A DNA stretch of 52,110 nucleotides from Bacteroidales bacterium (GTDB taxonomy: Bacteria > Bacteroidota > Bacteroidia > Bacteroidales > UBA7960): positions 1 to 52,110 of the forward strand of contig JAWLDT010000012.1 in assembly GCA_041686485.1 (NCBI GenBank), read 5' to 3'. The notes beneath the pieces were generated by a model. That model saw nothing but the letters and a program-made list of their open reading frames with translations, ran no database searches and was not told where the DNA came from. A program made the position numbers and the translations under genes. Below, piece by piece: positions 1 through 10,049 of the stretch (its first letter is position 1; each line of letters begins with the position of its first letter).

Positions 1-131
1 ATCAGCTGAAGCTATGCCCTGTATCTATTACCGTTGGCTTTAGCCAACGGAAAGCAAAACGCTTCCTAACCCTCGAGGGCTTTAGCCCAATAAAAAAGTA
101 ATTTACGGAAGTGGTAGGTAAAAACAGAAGT

Positions 132-1091
132 TTACGGAAGCGGTAGTTGAGTACATCCTATACCCTGAGCTTTCAGTTTACGCATGGTGGTTTGATAGCT
201 TTTTGTATAACCAAGAAGATAGCCTCCGCCACCGGCACCACATAGCTTTAAAAAGTACTTGCCTGTGTTGAGACCTTCCTCCCAGGTACCTTGAAACCGC
301 TCAGGAATCATTTCCTGAAAGTGCGTAAACTGCTGTGTTGATAGTCTGCCGGTTTTTCCGTTCAGGGCCGGGTCACCGGTCAGGAGCCCTTCAATACAGG
401 CATCATTCGAGGGAATATATTCTTCATGAAACCAACGCCGAAACCACGGTTGTTCCATTTTTTCCTGAAAGATGCGGATTAACGCGGATGTCTTACGGGG
501 AATCCTGGTGTTGATCAGGAAGAAGCCAGCTTCTCCGGATAATACTGATTTATCAGGTATAGCCGTGGATAATTGCTCGTCTTTGATCAGCAATGGTGTT
601 TGCAGATAGCAGCTCAAGGGGTCAATCCCGGAACTTTGGCCGTGGAAAAAAGCTTCCATTTCAGAAAAAATGGATTTATACCAGGCAAGATGTTCCGGTT
701 TTGGTAAATCCCCGGGGAGATATTCCCTGCGGGCATAATGATAAAACAAAGCTGCGACAAGTGCCCCCGAACTACCGATTCCGTAGCCCGATGGAATCGC
801 TGAAGACAGGTAAAGTCCCTGTTCCAGGTCATTCTTCAGGCGAGGCAGGTCCATGACATGATGAACCTTATCTGTAGGCGGTTGATTATGTAGATGCGTA
901 TAGAAGGATTTTAATTGCTTATTCGATGCCATGGCCGTCATGCGGGACTTGTTATCCATTACAGGCGGATCAAGGAACAGCTGTGCCGTATAACGGGTAA
1001 AAGGAATGGTAAGGGCAGCGGAGCCGTACATCAGGCTGTATTCCCCAAACAGCAATATTTTTGCATAAAATAGTTTCTCCTTCAGGCCCAT
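132..1091 (-). CDS. mvk: GHMP-family kinase, mevalonate kinase-like
   Basis: 319-aa ORF. N-terminal KILLFGEYSLMYGSAAL loop and PSGYGIGSSGALVAALF ATP-binding motif are typical of mevalonate kinases. Last gene of the mevalonate cluster. Confidence 0.7.
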   Translation of the reverse strand: MGLKEKLFYAKILLFGEYSLMYGSAALTIPFTRYTAQLFLDPPVMDNKSRMTAMASNKQLKSFYTHLHNQPPTDKVHHVMDLPRLKNDLEQGLYLSSAIPSGYGIGSSGALVAALFYHYARREYLPGDLPKPEHLAWYKSIFSEMEAFFHGQSSGIDPLSCYLQTPLLIKDEQLSTAIPDKSVLSGEAGFFLINTRIPRKTSALIRIFQEKMEQPWFRRWFHEEYIPSNDACIEGLLTGDPALNGKTGRLSTQQFTHFQEMIPERFQGTWEEGLNTGKYFLKLCGAGGGGYLLGYTKSYQTTMRKLKAQGIGCTQLPLP

Positions 1092-1219
1092 AGGATTATC
1101 CGGTTTTGGTAAATGCTATATTGCATAGGGCTGTCACTTATGTTATTATGTTTCGGGTTACCCGAATGTGTTCTCGTGTGGTCTGAAATATTTTCTTATG
1201 AACGCCTGGCTGGCCATAT

Positions 1220-2299
1220 TCAAATCATACAAGGACCATTACCCAGGGCGTCATCGATCCATTGTCTGTTCTGACAATAACCAGCCAGTTCGTTCTGTAT
1301 AAGCGAGGTTACTGCTTTTGTTTCTTTTTCAGGATAGATCAGATGTACATTCGGGCCGGCATCCAGGGTAAAGTATACCTGACTTTGATTCGCCTGTCTG
1401 AATTCCCTTATTTTATTAAGAATGTTAATGGTATGGGGATGCATGAGGATATATCCCGGGTTGGATGACAGCATCAGGCCATGCAGGCTTAAAGCTTCAT
1501 TTTCAATGATTTCACCAAAGGTTTGAATGTCGCCATTACGAAGTGTTGTGAGCAGTTTGATAAGGTTCATTTCCGCCTGCTTTATCCGGGCAGGCCTGTA
1601 TGGGTGTTGGTCCATGAGGGTGTGACCTGCCGAGCTGGATACTTTTTTGGTGCTGTTGTCTACGATGAGAACAGAATCCCGGATGGAGGAAAACGCCTTA
1701 TGAATGAACTGATCGTTCAGCCTGATGGCATATTCATCGGAAGATCCATGAACTTCTGTTGTTTCTCCCCAAAGCGTGAATCCGTCATAGACCGACCGGC
1801 AGGCGCTACCGCTACCAAGTCTGGCCATCTCAGAAGCTTTTCTGAAAAAGGTTTCGTCATCAACCGGCTCTTCCCTGATGATGGCATCTATCTGACAGAT
1901 ACAAAGCGCCAGGGCGCTGAAAGCTGCGGCTGAAGAGGCAATTCCTGCCGAATGCGGAAAGGTGCTTTCGCTGGTGATGTTTAGTCGGGCATGTGCCAGA
2001 AACGGAAAAAACCCGGCCAGACTGCGCAGATAATCAGCTATCCTGTCGGCAAATGCCGGATTCTCATTTCCATTTAATGTGAAAGCGTTTAAGTTGAATT
2101 GATCAGCCGGGTCTATAGAGTAGTCCATCCTTATCCTCACCACGCTTTCTTTCAAAACAAAACTGACGGATGGATTCATGGGTAACTGAACCGGATGTTT
2201 GCCCCAGTATTTAACCAGCGCAATGTTCGCCGGGCTCTGCCAGCCCACCTGCCCGGATGTCTTGGGAATCATATGCTTCTTTCTTTTTTGATCAGTCAT
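1220..2299 (-). CDS. mvaD: diphosphomevalonate decarboxylase
   Basis: WQSPANIALVKYWGK and GSGSACRS motifs. Start placed at the ATG at 2299 (MTDQKRKK...), which overlaps the upstream stop by 8 nt (ATGACTGA). The track start at 2356 would overlap 65 nt. Confidence 0.85.
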   Translation of the reverse strand: MTDQKRKKHMIPKTSGQVGWQSPANIALVKYWGKHPVQLPMNPSVSFVLKESVVRIRMDYSIDPADQFNLNAFTLNGNENPAFADRIADYLRSLAGFFPFLAHARLNITSESTFPHSAGIASSAAAFSALALCICQIDAIIREEPVDDETFFRKASEMARLGSGSACRSVYDGFTLWGETTEVHGSSDEYAIRLNDQFIHKAFSSIRDSVLIVDNSTKKVSSSAGHTLMDQHPYRPARIKQAEMNLIKLLTTLRNGDIQTFGEIIENEALSLHGLMLSSNPGYILMHPHTINILNKIREFRQANQSQVYFTLDAGPNVHLIYPEKETKAVTSLIQNELAGYCQNRQWIDDALGNGPCMI

Positions 2300-3278
2300 C
2301 CTTTGTTGTATTTGTATGAGAAATCTGCATATCCTGAAAGGGAATCGCAATGCCATACCCCATTGTCGAAAAATACCGGATAATATCGTCTGTCGGTAAG
2401 TCAGCAGCGGCCATCAGGAAGTCACCTCCCCAGGCCCCCAGCGATTTAACAGCGCCCGGAAAGTCAGGAAACAGTCCTTCGCGGACGGGCTGTTGTTGAA
2501 GAACATCGGAAATGATTGCTTCATGTCTTCGCATAAGCCCCATGAAATCATTCAGGTTGCCTGACGCTGCCATTTGTTGTGATATGCCGGATATCTCCCT
2601 GACGGCTTCGGCTGAGGTATTCCTCCGGTCGAAACGGGCTACGCTGTCGGCACTGTTTTGCTTCCTTCCACGGTAGATGAAAACAATCTGCCCACGGAAA
2701 GAAGGATTGAAGGAAACGGGTTCTATACCAGGGTAACGATATCTTCCCTGATAATGATACAAGATGGGAACACGAATACCGGCACAGGCGACATCGTATC
2801 CTGAGCCTTGAGACACTCTGAAAAAAAGATCGAAGGGATTGATATCTGCCCAACTGGCTATGTTGGCTATCAAAGAAGAGCTGCTGCCGAGGCCCCAGCG
2901 AAGATCGAAGTCAATATCCGCTTCTGCTTTCATATCATGTTTGCCGGATAAGAAAGCCGGATTCAGCCTTTTGGCCTCCTGCAATACACCTTGCAGGAAG
3001 TGTAGCGCTGATGACTGCTCGTCTGATAGAGGTTTGTTTGTATGAGGCAGCAGTTCCTCTCCCTGAAAAACGATATTAAGCCAGGGCTGACCTTTGACCA
3101 GGGTTTTCCAGGTGAGTTTATGAGTATCGCTGTTAAGGGGTTCAATACGCAATGTTTGTCCGTAACAAACCGGCATGGCCAGGGCTTTTGCACCGGCCAG
3201 CACCAGATATTCACCGCTGATCATCAATTTGCCGTGTGCGGCATATTGTTGTTTCTTGTCAGTGCTGTTTTCGACCAT
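2292..3278 (-). CDS. GYDIA-family GHMP kinase (putative phosphomevalonate kinase of Bacteroidota)
   Basis: KLMISGEYLVLAGAKALAMP N-terminus, WGLGSSSSLIANIA GHMP motif and GSGYDVACAG (GYDIA-type motif). Translationally coupled to mvaD. Confidence 0.75.
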   Translation of the reverse strand: MVENSTDKKQQYAAHGKLMISGEYLVLAGAKALAMPVCYGQTLRIEPLNSDTHKLTWKTLVKGQPWLNIVFQGEELLPHTNKPLSDEQSSALHFLQGVLQEAKRLNPAFLSGKHDMKAEADIDFDLRWGLGSSSSLIANIASWADINPFDLFFRVSQGSGYDVACAGIRVPILYHYQGRYRYPGIEPVSFNPSFRGQIVFIYRGRKQNSADSVARFDRRNTSAEAVREISGISQQMAASGNLNDFMGLMRRHEAIISDVLQQQPVREGLFPDFPGAVKSLGAWGGDFLMAAADLPTDDIIRYFSTMGYGIAIPFQDMQISHTNTTKDD

Positions 3279-3357
3279 TTTGTAGATGTTGACAGCGAGC
3301 AGGCTACCCGTTTACTTGCTGTATTCTGTTATATGATGTAGAAAGATAATAAGATGC

Positions 3358-4719
3358 TTAAATACGACCCCGCAGATTTTCCAGAAAACCGGCAACTGCC
3401 TGGTATGATACTTTTTTATCCTGAAAATGCACCTTGATCTGTTCGGTTTCTTCCGGTGAAGCCAGGAGTTGTTTGGTTATATTGGACAGATGCATACGCA
3501 TGTGGCCCGCCTGTATGCCTGTTGTTGTCAGCGAACGAACGGCCGCGAAATTATTTGCCAGGCCTGCTGCTGCCGCAATCATCATAAGCTCTTCAGCAGA
3601 AGGGTTATCCAGCAACTCCAGAGATTTGGCTGCCAGGGGATGGAGGCGTGTAAGGCCGCCAACTGTCCCCAGGGCCAGGGGCATGGTCAGTGAAAAGGTA
3701 AATGTATTATCTGTGATATCAACGTGACTGAGGGAACGATACCTGCCTGAGCGGGCTGCATACGCATGTGCACCGGCTTCAATAGCACGGAAATCGTTGC
3801 CTGTGGCCAGTATCACCGCATCTACACCGTTCATGATGCCTTTGTTGTGTGTAGTGGCTCGGTGTATATCGGCTTCGGCGATACGAACCGCCATGGTAAA
3901 CCTGTCAGCAAATAGGGCTGCCGGAAGGTCTCTGGTTGCCTCTTCCAGTGAGCTGACCGGACAGGAGACGCTTACTTCGCAGAGACATTCTTCATTATAG
4001 TTGGATAAGATAGCCATGAGCGGTTCATAGTCTTCAGCGTCAAACCCTTCTGTGGTTTCAAAAAAATCATTTGCTCCTTGCGAGAGTTCTTCCAGGCATG
4101 AATTGATAAAGTTGGCCCCCATGGCATCCCTGGTGTCAAAGGTCACGTGCAGCTGATAGTAGTCATCCAGTTGGTGGGAAAGGTCCTTTAGTTTTAGCTT
4201 CCGGACGCCTCCGCCTCGTTGTTCCATGTTTCGGGTAAGCGGCATCAGGTGCTGACGCAGATAGGTTTCCAGATGAGGAAATACACGGACCAACGCTTCT
4301 TTATCTCCTGTATAACGGAAGTGTACCTGACCGTTTTTTCGGTTGCTGATAACCCTGGCCCGGAACCCTCCTCTTTCTGCCCAGAAACGGGCAGCAGATG
4401 AGGCTGCGGCGACGACGGAGCTTTCCTCAATAACCATCGGCACGATATACATCTTGTCGTTGATCAGGAAGTTGGGGGCAACATTGTAGGGGAGGGGGTA
4501 GTTTGAAATGGTGTTCTCGCTAATGTCTGAGAGAACTTCCTGGATGTAATCATCGTGGTGTTTAAATGACTGGAAAGTGGATTTTGCCAGTTCAGCTTCC
4601 TTAAAATGCCGGGAAACAAGTTCTGTTTTTTCCTCCTGGGAAAGTTTAGAGAACCCTTTGAGGATCGTTTTTTTTGCCATGGTAAATCTTCGTGTTGATC
4701 GTACAGATGTCTCTTTCAT
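3358..4719 (-). CDS. mvaA: hydroxymethylglutaryl-CoA reductase, class II
   Basis: VIEESSVVAAASSAARF, DAMGANFINS, ALGTVGG and TTHNKGIMNG motifs. Alternative ATG at 4680. The 4719 start lies 9 nt after the fni stop. Confidence 0.9.
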   Translation of the reverse strand: MKETSVRSTRRFTMAKKTILKGFSKLSQEEKTELVSRHFKEAELAKSTFQSFKHHDDYIQEVLSDISENTISNYPLPYNVAPNFLINDKMYIVPMVIEESSVVAAASSAARFWAERGGFRARVISNRKNGQVHFRYTGDKEALVRVFPHLETYLRQHLMPLTRNMEQRGGGVRKLKLKDLSHQLDDYYQLHVTFDTRDAMGANFINSCLEELSQGANDFFETTEGFDAEDYEPLMAILSNYNEECLCEVSVSCPVSSLEEATRDLPAALFADRFTMAVRIAEADIHRATTHNKGIMNGVDAVILATGNDFRAIEAGAHAYAARSGRYRSLSHVDITDNTFTFSLTMPLALGTVGGLTRLHPLAAKSLELLDNPSAEELMMIAAAAGLANNFAAVRSLTTTGIQAGHMRMHLSNITKQLLASPEETEQIKVHFQDKKVSYQAVAGFLENLRGRI

Positions 4720-4728
4720 CTTGGCAGA

Positions 4729-5727
4729 TCATTGCCTGACCCGTAGAAAGGCATAGGCTATCTGCAGCCCTTTGATCTGATGCAACACAAAGTTACGCAA
4801 TTGTTCGTAGTCTTCCCGGGCGTATTTTAAAAAGGTGGAAGCCTGGCCGTAGATGGCAGGTATGGATGATTGTTGGATCAGGTAGTATCCATCAAGGAAA
4901 GATTTAATACCTCCGGATACAATCAGTTGCCGGCAGCGGATCTCTTCTGATGACTGTTCGGCGATCTGGTTGACCATCTGCACCATCTGGCCGGCATCGT
5001 GGCCGATATATGACAGGGGGCTGAACAATTCTCGTGGTTGTTCTTTGTCCCTCATTAATTCTACTTTTGCGAAGTTAGTACCACCGAAGGCCCCAAATTC
5101 AATGGCTCCCAGCGGCAACTTCATCAACTCGGCGAGGCTTTCAGCGCCCATGCCCTGACCGACTTCCTTTACGACCAGGGGTAAGTCCGTTACCGCAAGC
5201 AATTCTTCGATCGTCTCGAGGGCCGGCCGTTGTAGTCTGTCACCTTCAGGCTGAAACCATTCCTGCAGCGGGTTGATATGTATGATCAGACCATCGGCCC
5301 TGAGTTTGTCTGTCAGGCGCCGGATCTTATCAGTTTGTTTGTTCAGGGTCAGGATTTCCGCCTGATTAATACCAAGGTTTGCATATAAGGGAAGGTCTGG
5401 TCCTATAATGTCCCGCATGTTAAAATCCGGGAGGTAGGTGTCGTCATCCAGAATGATGCGGCATGAGCCTAGTCCCATACCCATTCCAAACTCGTTACAT
5501 GCCCGGGCAAGATTCTTGTTGATGGTTCCTGCCATTTTGGTTCCGCCTGTCATGCTGGATACCCAGAGGGGCAGTCTCAGGGTTTTCCCTAAAAAGGTAG
5601 TCTCAGGAATGGCATTGGTTGGATGGGCACTGAGCACCGGCTCATACATAAAACGACGGTCAAGGTCGTGTACCCCGATCTGCGATTCAATGGCAAGGTC
5701 GATATGGTCTTTCTTCCGGTTTTCCAT
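4729..5727 (-). CDS. fni: type 2 isopentenyl-diphosphate delta-isomerase (FMN-dependent)
   Basis: N-terminal RKKDHIDLA, SSMTGG and VKEVGQG motifs typical of IDI-2. 4-nt gap to the upstream acyl-CoA dehydrogenase stop. Confidence 0.9.
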   Translation of the reverse strand: MENRKKDHIDLAIESQIGVHDLDRRFMYEPVLSAHPTNAIPETTFLGKTLRLPLWVSSMTGGTKMAGTINKNLARACNEFGMGMGLGSCRIILDDDTYLPDFNMRDIIGPDLPLYANLGINQAEILTLNKQTDKIRRLTDKLRADGLIIHINPLQEWFQPEGDRLQRPALETIEELLAVTDLPLVVKEVGQGMGAESLAELMKLPLGAIEFGAFGGTNFAKVELMRDKEQPRELFSPLSYIGHDAGQMVQMVNQIAEQSSEEIRCRQLIVSGGIKSFLDGYYLIQQSSIPAIYGQASTFLKYAREDYEQLRNFVLHQIKGLQIAYAFLRVRQ

Positions 5728-5731
5728 TTTA

Positions 5732-6886
5732 TTATACCATGAGATAGCGGGATATTACCATCCGTAGAATCTCGGATGTGCCTTCTCCGATTTGCAGGAG
5801 GCGCTGGTCGCGATAGAAGCGTTCCACCGGATGTGGTTTGAACAGGCCCTTTGCACCATGTATCTGGATGGCTTCATCCGCTATTTCACGGGCAATTTCT
5901 GAGGTGTATAGTTTGGATATCGCTGCCTCCCGGGCATACTGCATATTATTATCTTTCCGCCAGCAGGCATTGTACAGGGTATTCCTTGCCAGCTCAATCT
6001 TCATATCCATGTCTGCCAGTTTAAAGCCAACTGCCTGAAACTTATAGATAGGTTGCCCGAACTGTTCCCGTTTTTTGGCATGGTCGATAGAAGCTTCCAT
6101 TGCTCCTCGTGATAGTCCGAGTCCGATGGCTGCTATGGATAAACGGCCGGCATCCAGGGTGTTTAGCATGATTCGGCCTCCCTGGCCTTCCTGCCCAAGC
6201 AGATTCTCCTGAGGGACTCTGCAGTTGTCAAAATACAGTTTGCCGGTATCTGATGCCCGCCACATCATTTTACCACGGCTGGGTTCCGAAGTAAAGCCCG
6301 GTGTGCCTTTCTCAATAATGATGGCGGAAAGTTTTTTCCTACCCTTGTTCTCACCGGTAACCGCCTGGAGGGTTATCCCACCGGATATGGGAGAGGCTGA
6401 GTTCGTGATATGTGTTTTGGATCCGTTGATAACCCAATAACCATTCTCCAGTTTTGCGGTTGTTTCAGACCCCATGGCGTCCGACCCTGCATTCTCTTCA
6501 GTAAGACCAAATGCCCAGGTCTTTTCACCCGTGCAAAGCGGTGGCACCAGATGCTTCTTCTGCGCTTCCGTACCATACTTCATGATGGGGGCAATGCCCA
6601 GGGAATTAACGGATGCCACTGTAGCCGCCTGGGAGCTGTCGATACGTGCCAGCTCTTCAACAATAATTATGTACGATAAGGTATCCAACCCCTGGCCGCC
6701 AAGCTCTTTGGGTACCTGGATCCCAAAGAAGCCCATGTCTCCCATCTTTTTTATCAGCTCTTCAGAAAAAACTTCTTCTTCATCCAGTTGCGCTGCCACA
6801 GGCTTGATCTCTTTCTCAGCAAAATCGCGAACTTTTTGGCGGAGCTCCTCATGGGTTTTCGTAAGAAAAGGATTATGTAACATCAA
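5732..6886 (-). CDS. acyl-CoA dehydrogenase (isovaleryl-CoA dehydrogenase-like by context)
   Basis: 384 aa. FGLTEENAGSDA and C-terminal QIGEGTSEI (catalytic Glu region) of the ACAD family. Neighbours are MCC subunits. Confidence 0.8.
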   Translation of the reverse strand: MMLHNPFLTKTHEELRQKVRDFAEKEIKPVAAQLDEEEVFSEELIKKMGDMGFFGIQVPKELGGQGLDTLSYIIIVEELARIDSSQAATVASVNSLGIAPIMKYGTEAQKKHLVPPLCTGEKTWAFGLTEENAGSDAMGSETTAKLENGYWVINGSKTHITNSASPISGGITLQAVTGENKGRKKLSAIIIEKGTPGFTSEPSRGKMMWRASDTGKLYFDNCRVPQENLLGQEGQGGRIMLNTLDAGRLSIAAIGLGLSRGAMEASIDHAKKREQFGQPIYKFQAVGFKLADMDMKIELARNTLYNACWRKDNNMQYAREAAISKLYTSEIAREIADEAIQIHGAKGLFKPHPVERFYRDQRLLQIGEGTSEILRMVISRYLMV

Positions 6887-6991
6887 TACAATAGTAAATT
6901 AAAACAAATAAATCTCTTACCTAACCAACAATTTATTCTTTGATACGGTTCTGTAAAAGTATAAATTTTTTTGTATCGAACAGGGAAAAGG

Positions 6992-8971
6992 TTATTCTGG
7001 TTCATTTGATAACAGGACAAGCGGGCCATTGTCTGCAACGGCTTTACCCGGTCGTGTCAAAACCTGTTTGACATATGCTTTGGCATTTGCCGTGATGCGG
7101 TTTTCCATCTTCATCGATTCAAGTATCAGCATGGTGTCGCCGTTGTTGACTTCGTCACCTGCTTTGACATTCACTTTGATAACGGTACCCTGCATCGGGG
7201 CTTTTACCAGCGTCTCTCCCTCCAGCTCCGGGTTTTGATTGAGGCTTGTCAGGGTTTCTTTCCCCAGATGGCGGGCAGGACTAACTTTTGCGCTAACGCC
7301 ATCGTGCAGGAAAAGAATTTCACCATTGACTGCCTGGTAATAAAGCGTGTAAATATGTCCGTCTTTTTCCATGCGTATGCGGTGTGCGTCCCTTTCCAGA
7401 AGACGAAAGATCATGCGCCGGTCATCAACGCAAATACTCATTTCGTTTGGATTGTGATAAAAGTAGCGTTGCTGAACCTGCTGATCATTGATCATGAGGT
7501 TGGTGACTGGCAGTAAGCGCCAGCAGCCCAGCTGATGCCAGATATTTCCGGCATCATGATGATTTTCCGGATGGGCAAACAGGAAAGCCATGGCAAGCAG
7601 GTTTTTTGTGGCTTCTTTGTTTTGTTCTTCACGCTCCAGGAACACTTCCTCCATTGATAGCCTGGTGTGAGCAGTGCCTTCAATAAAAGTTTTTGCATGG
7701 AGAAGGTCTGCAAGGTAGGCGATATTGGTATGGACACCCAGCAGCACATAGTCTTTCAGATGGCGTATCAGCTTTTTCCGGGCGGTCTCCCGGTTTCCCG
7801 CATGACAGATAACCTTGCTGATCATCGGGTCAAACATTCCGTGGATGTCGCCTGTTCGTCCCAGACTGGTATCGACACGCAGGCCATTGCCTTCAGGTAC
7901 TTTATGTAACAATACCTCACCGGGCGAAGGAACAAAGCTTTTGGAGGGATTTTCAGCATATATCCTGGCTTCTATGGCATGCCCCGACAGGGTGATGTCC
8001 TCCTGTGTAAAGGGCAGTGACCTGTCCATGGCAATATTGATCTGTTCTTTAACGATATCGATTCCGGTTATCATCTCTGTTACGGCATGTTCGACCTGTA
8101 TGCGGGTGTTCATCTCCAGGAAGAAGAAATCGTTATCCTGCACCAGGAATTCGATTGTTCCTGCATTGGTATATCCGATTTGTTCGGACAGCAGACGGGC
8201 CGCGTGCGTGAGCTGCCCACGCATTTTATCTGTCAAACCCGGGGCAGGGGCTTCTTCAATGATCTTTTGATGGCGGCGTTGCAGGGAACAGTCTCTTTCA
8301 TAGAGCGAGACGATATGACCATGGTGGTCGGCCAGGATCTGTACTTCAATATGACGCGGTCCTGGTAAAAACTTCTCAATATACACTTCTCCGTTACCGA
8401 AGTAATTTTTGGCTTCGCGCTGTGTCGCCTCCAGGGCTTCCGCAAGCCCGGATGATGAATCTATGATCTTCATCCCTTTTCCGCCACCACCGGCAGCTGC
8501 TTTCACCATAACAGGATACCCTATTTCTCCGGCTTTATCCATCAATGTCTGGAGATCGCCGGTGGCGCCTTCAATCACAGGGATGCCAATTTTCTGTGCC
8601 GTTATCCTGGCTTCTGTTTTATTTCCCATCAGCCGGATGGCTTCATCTGATGGACCAACAAAGATAAGCCCCGCCTCTCTGACGGCTTTTGCAAAGCCAG
8701 GGTCTTCCGATAAAAAACCGTATCCGGGATGTATGGCATCTGCCTGATGTCTGGTGGCCGCCGCAATAAGCTGGTCATGATTCAGATAGGTGTCAGATAA
8801 CCTGCTTCCTTCAAGCAGCACATGTTCGTCTGCCATCTTTACATGCAAAGCTTCCGCATCATAGCTGGTATGAACAGCTACCGTCGCAATACCCATCCGC
8901 TCCAGTGTTTTGAAAATACGGACAGCAATCTCACCACGATTGGCCACCAATACTTTGTTAATCTGTTTCAT
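6992..8971 (-). CDS. methylcrotonyl-CoA carboxylase alpha subunit (biotin carboxylase + biotinyl carrier domain)
   Basis: KVLVANRGEIAVR, GGGGKGM and C-terminal biotinylation-type ESMKMEN motif. Start moved to the ATG at 8971 (MKQINKVL...), giving an ATGA overlap with the upstream hydratase stop. Confidence 0.85.
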   Translation of the reverse strand: MKQINKVLVANRGEIAVRIFKTLERMGIATVAVHTSYDAEALHVKMADEHVLLEGSRLSDTYLNHDQLIAAATRHQADAIHPGYGFLSEDPGFAKAVREAGLIFVGPSDEAIRLMGNKTEARITAQKIGIPVIEGATGDLQTLMDKAGEIGYPVMVKAAAGGGGKGMKIIDSSSGLAEALEATQREAKNYFGNGEVYIEKFLPGPRHIEVQILADHHGHIVSLYERDCSLQRRHQKIIEEAPAPGLTDKMRGQLTHAARLLSEQIGYTNAGTIEFLVQDNDFFFLEMNTRIQVEHAVTEMITGIDIVKEQINIAMDRSLPFTQEDITLSGHAIEARIYAENPSKSFVPSPGEVLLHKVPEGNGLRVDTSLGRTGDIHGMFDPMISKVICHAGNRETARKKLIRHLKDYVLLGVHTNIAYLADLLHAKTFIEGTAHTRLSMEEVFLEREEQNKEATKNLLAMAFLFAHPENHHDAGNIWHQLGCWRLLPVTNLMINDQQVQQRYFYHNPNEMSICVDDRRMIFRLLERDAHRIRMEKDGHIYTLYYQAVNGEILFLHDGVSAKVSPARHLGKETLTSLNQNPELEGETLVKAPMQGTVIKVNVKAGDEVNNGDTMLILESMKMENRITANAKAYVKQVLTRPGKAVADNGPLVLLSNEPE

Positions 8972-9795
8972 GCCTTTCCACTTTTTGTCCATTCCGGTTT
9001 CCGTTTTTCCAAAAATGCCTGCATACCTTCTTTTGCCTCCTGATGTTGTCTGACCTTCTTTAACGCCCGCGCATTTTCATCAAAAAGCGTCTGCGTCAGC
9101 GGCTGGCCGGCAACACTGAGAATAAGCTCTTTGCATGCCTGCAAGGCCATAGGGCTGTTTTGTAAAAGTTCCTGTGTCAGATGATTTATTTCGTCCTCAA
9201 GGCGGTTGTCTTCAGCAATGATATCTACCAGGCCGGCCTGCCGGGCTTCTGTTGCATGAATCTGTTTTCCTGACAACATGAGCCGCCGGGCATTAAATTC
9301 TCCCGTACGCCTGATCACATATGGCGAGATGGTGGCAGGAATTAATCCCAGCTTTACCTCGCTAAATGAAAAAAGTGCACTGTTGATGGCAATCACAAAA
9401 TCAGCAGCCGCCATTATACCCAAAGCGCCCCCCATGACATGGCCATGGACAACGGCTATCAACGGTTTATTAAAGGAATAGAACGTATGAAACAGATTGG
9501 GTAGCAGGGAATCAGGCTCTTCTTCCGGTTTCAGGTTGTCGTTATGCATCCAGCCAAGATCGGCCCCGGCACAAAATGCTTTCCCTTCCCCCCTGATAAT
9601 AACAGCTCTAAGCATTTCATCCTTCTCCAATTGCTTCATCAGTCCGATCAGTTCCACGGCCATGGTATAGTTGATCGCATTCCGCTTTTCGGGTCGGGAT
9701 AACCAGATGGTGCAGATATGATCCTCCATCTGCGCAACAATATATTGTGTGTCACCCATGTTCGTTCTACCTGTCATCTGTTTATTATTTTGCAA
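8968..9795 (-). CDS. enoyl-CoA hydratase/isomerase family, methylglutaconyl-CoA hydratase-like
   Basis: LSRPEKRNAI, GKAFCAGADLG crotonase motifs. Lies between the MCC beta and alpha genes. Start uncertain (in-frame ATGs also at 9777 and 9759). Confidence 0.75.
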   Translation of the reverse strand: MQNNKQMTGRTNMGDTQYIVAQMEDHICTIWLSRPEKRNAINYTMAVELIGLMKQLEKDEMLRAVIIRGEGKAFCAGADLGWMHNDNLKPEEEPDSLLPNLFHTFYSFNKPLIAVVHGHVMGGALGIMAAADFVIAINSALFSFSEVKLGLIPATISPYVIRRTGEFNARRLMLSGKQIHATEARQAGLVDIIAEDNRLEDEINHLTQELLQNSPMALQACKELILSVAGQPLTQTLFDENARALKKVRQHQEAKEGMQAFLEKRKPEWTKSGKA

Positions 9796-10049
9796 AAATG
9801 TCGAAATGTCTAAAAGTCACCCCTTCGGGGTTTTGGTTTCGTTCGTGTTTCCCTTTTTTCTATAATCGTTTCATCCCTTCGGGATTTCCCACATCTTTGT
9901 GTCTTTTCTTTGTGTTCTTCTTGCCTTAGTGGTTTTTTTTCACCACAAAGGCATAAACACGAAGTTTTTCTCTTCTTCCAGCTTCCAGCTTCGAGCTTCG
10001 AGCTTTTTTTCTCCTTTCTTCCAGCTTTTCCGATAAATAGCGACTGCTG
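9796..10049. repeat. low-complexity intergenic spacer with tandem heptamers and small TTCG-loop hairpins
   Basis: (CTTCCAG)2(CTTCGAG)2 at 9975-10002, with another CTTCCAG at 10018-10024. Hairpins CCCCTTCGGGG (9820-9830) and TCCCTTCGGGA (9874-9884). Imperfect inverted repeat GCCTTAGTGG/CCACAAAGGC (9923-9952). Confidence 0.8.

Noticed and set aside
9747-9929. 60-aa plus-strand ORF in the MCC-beta/hydratase spacer
   Set aside because: It is a translation of pyrimidine-rich low-complexity repeats (FPFFYNRFIPSGFPTSLCLFFVFF), antisense to the operon direction.
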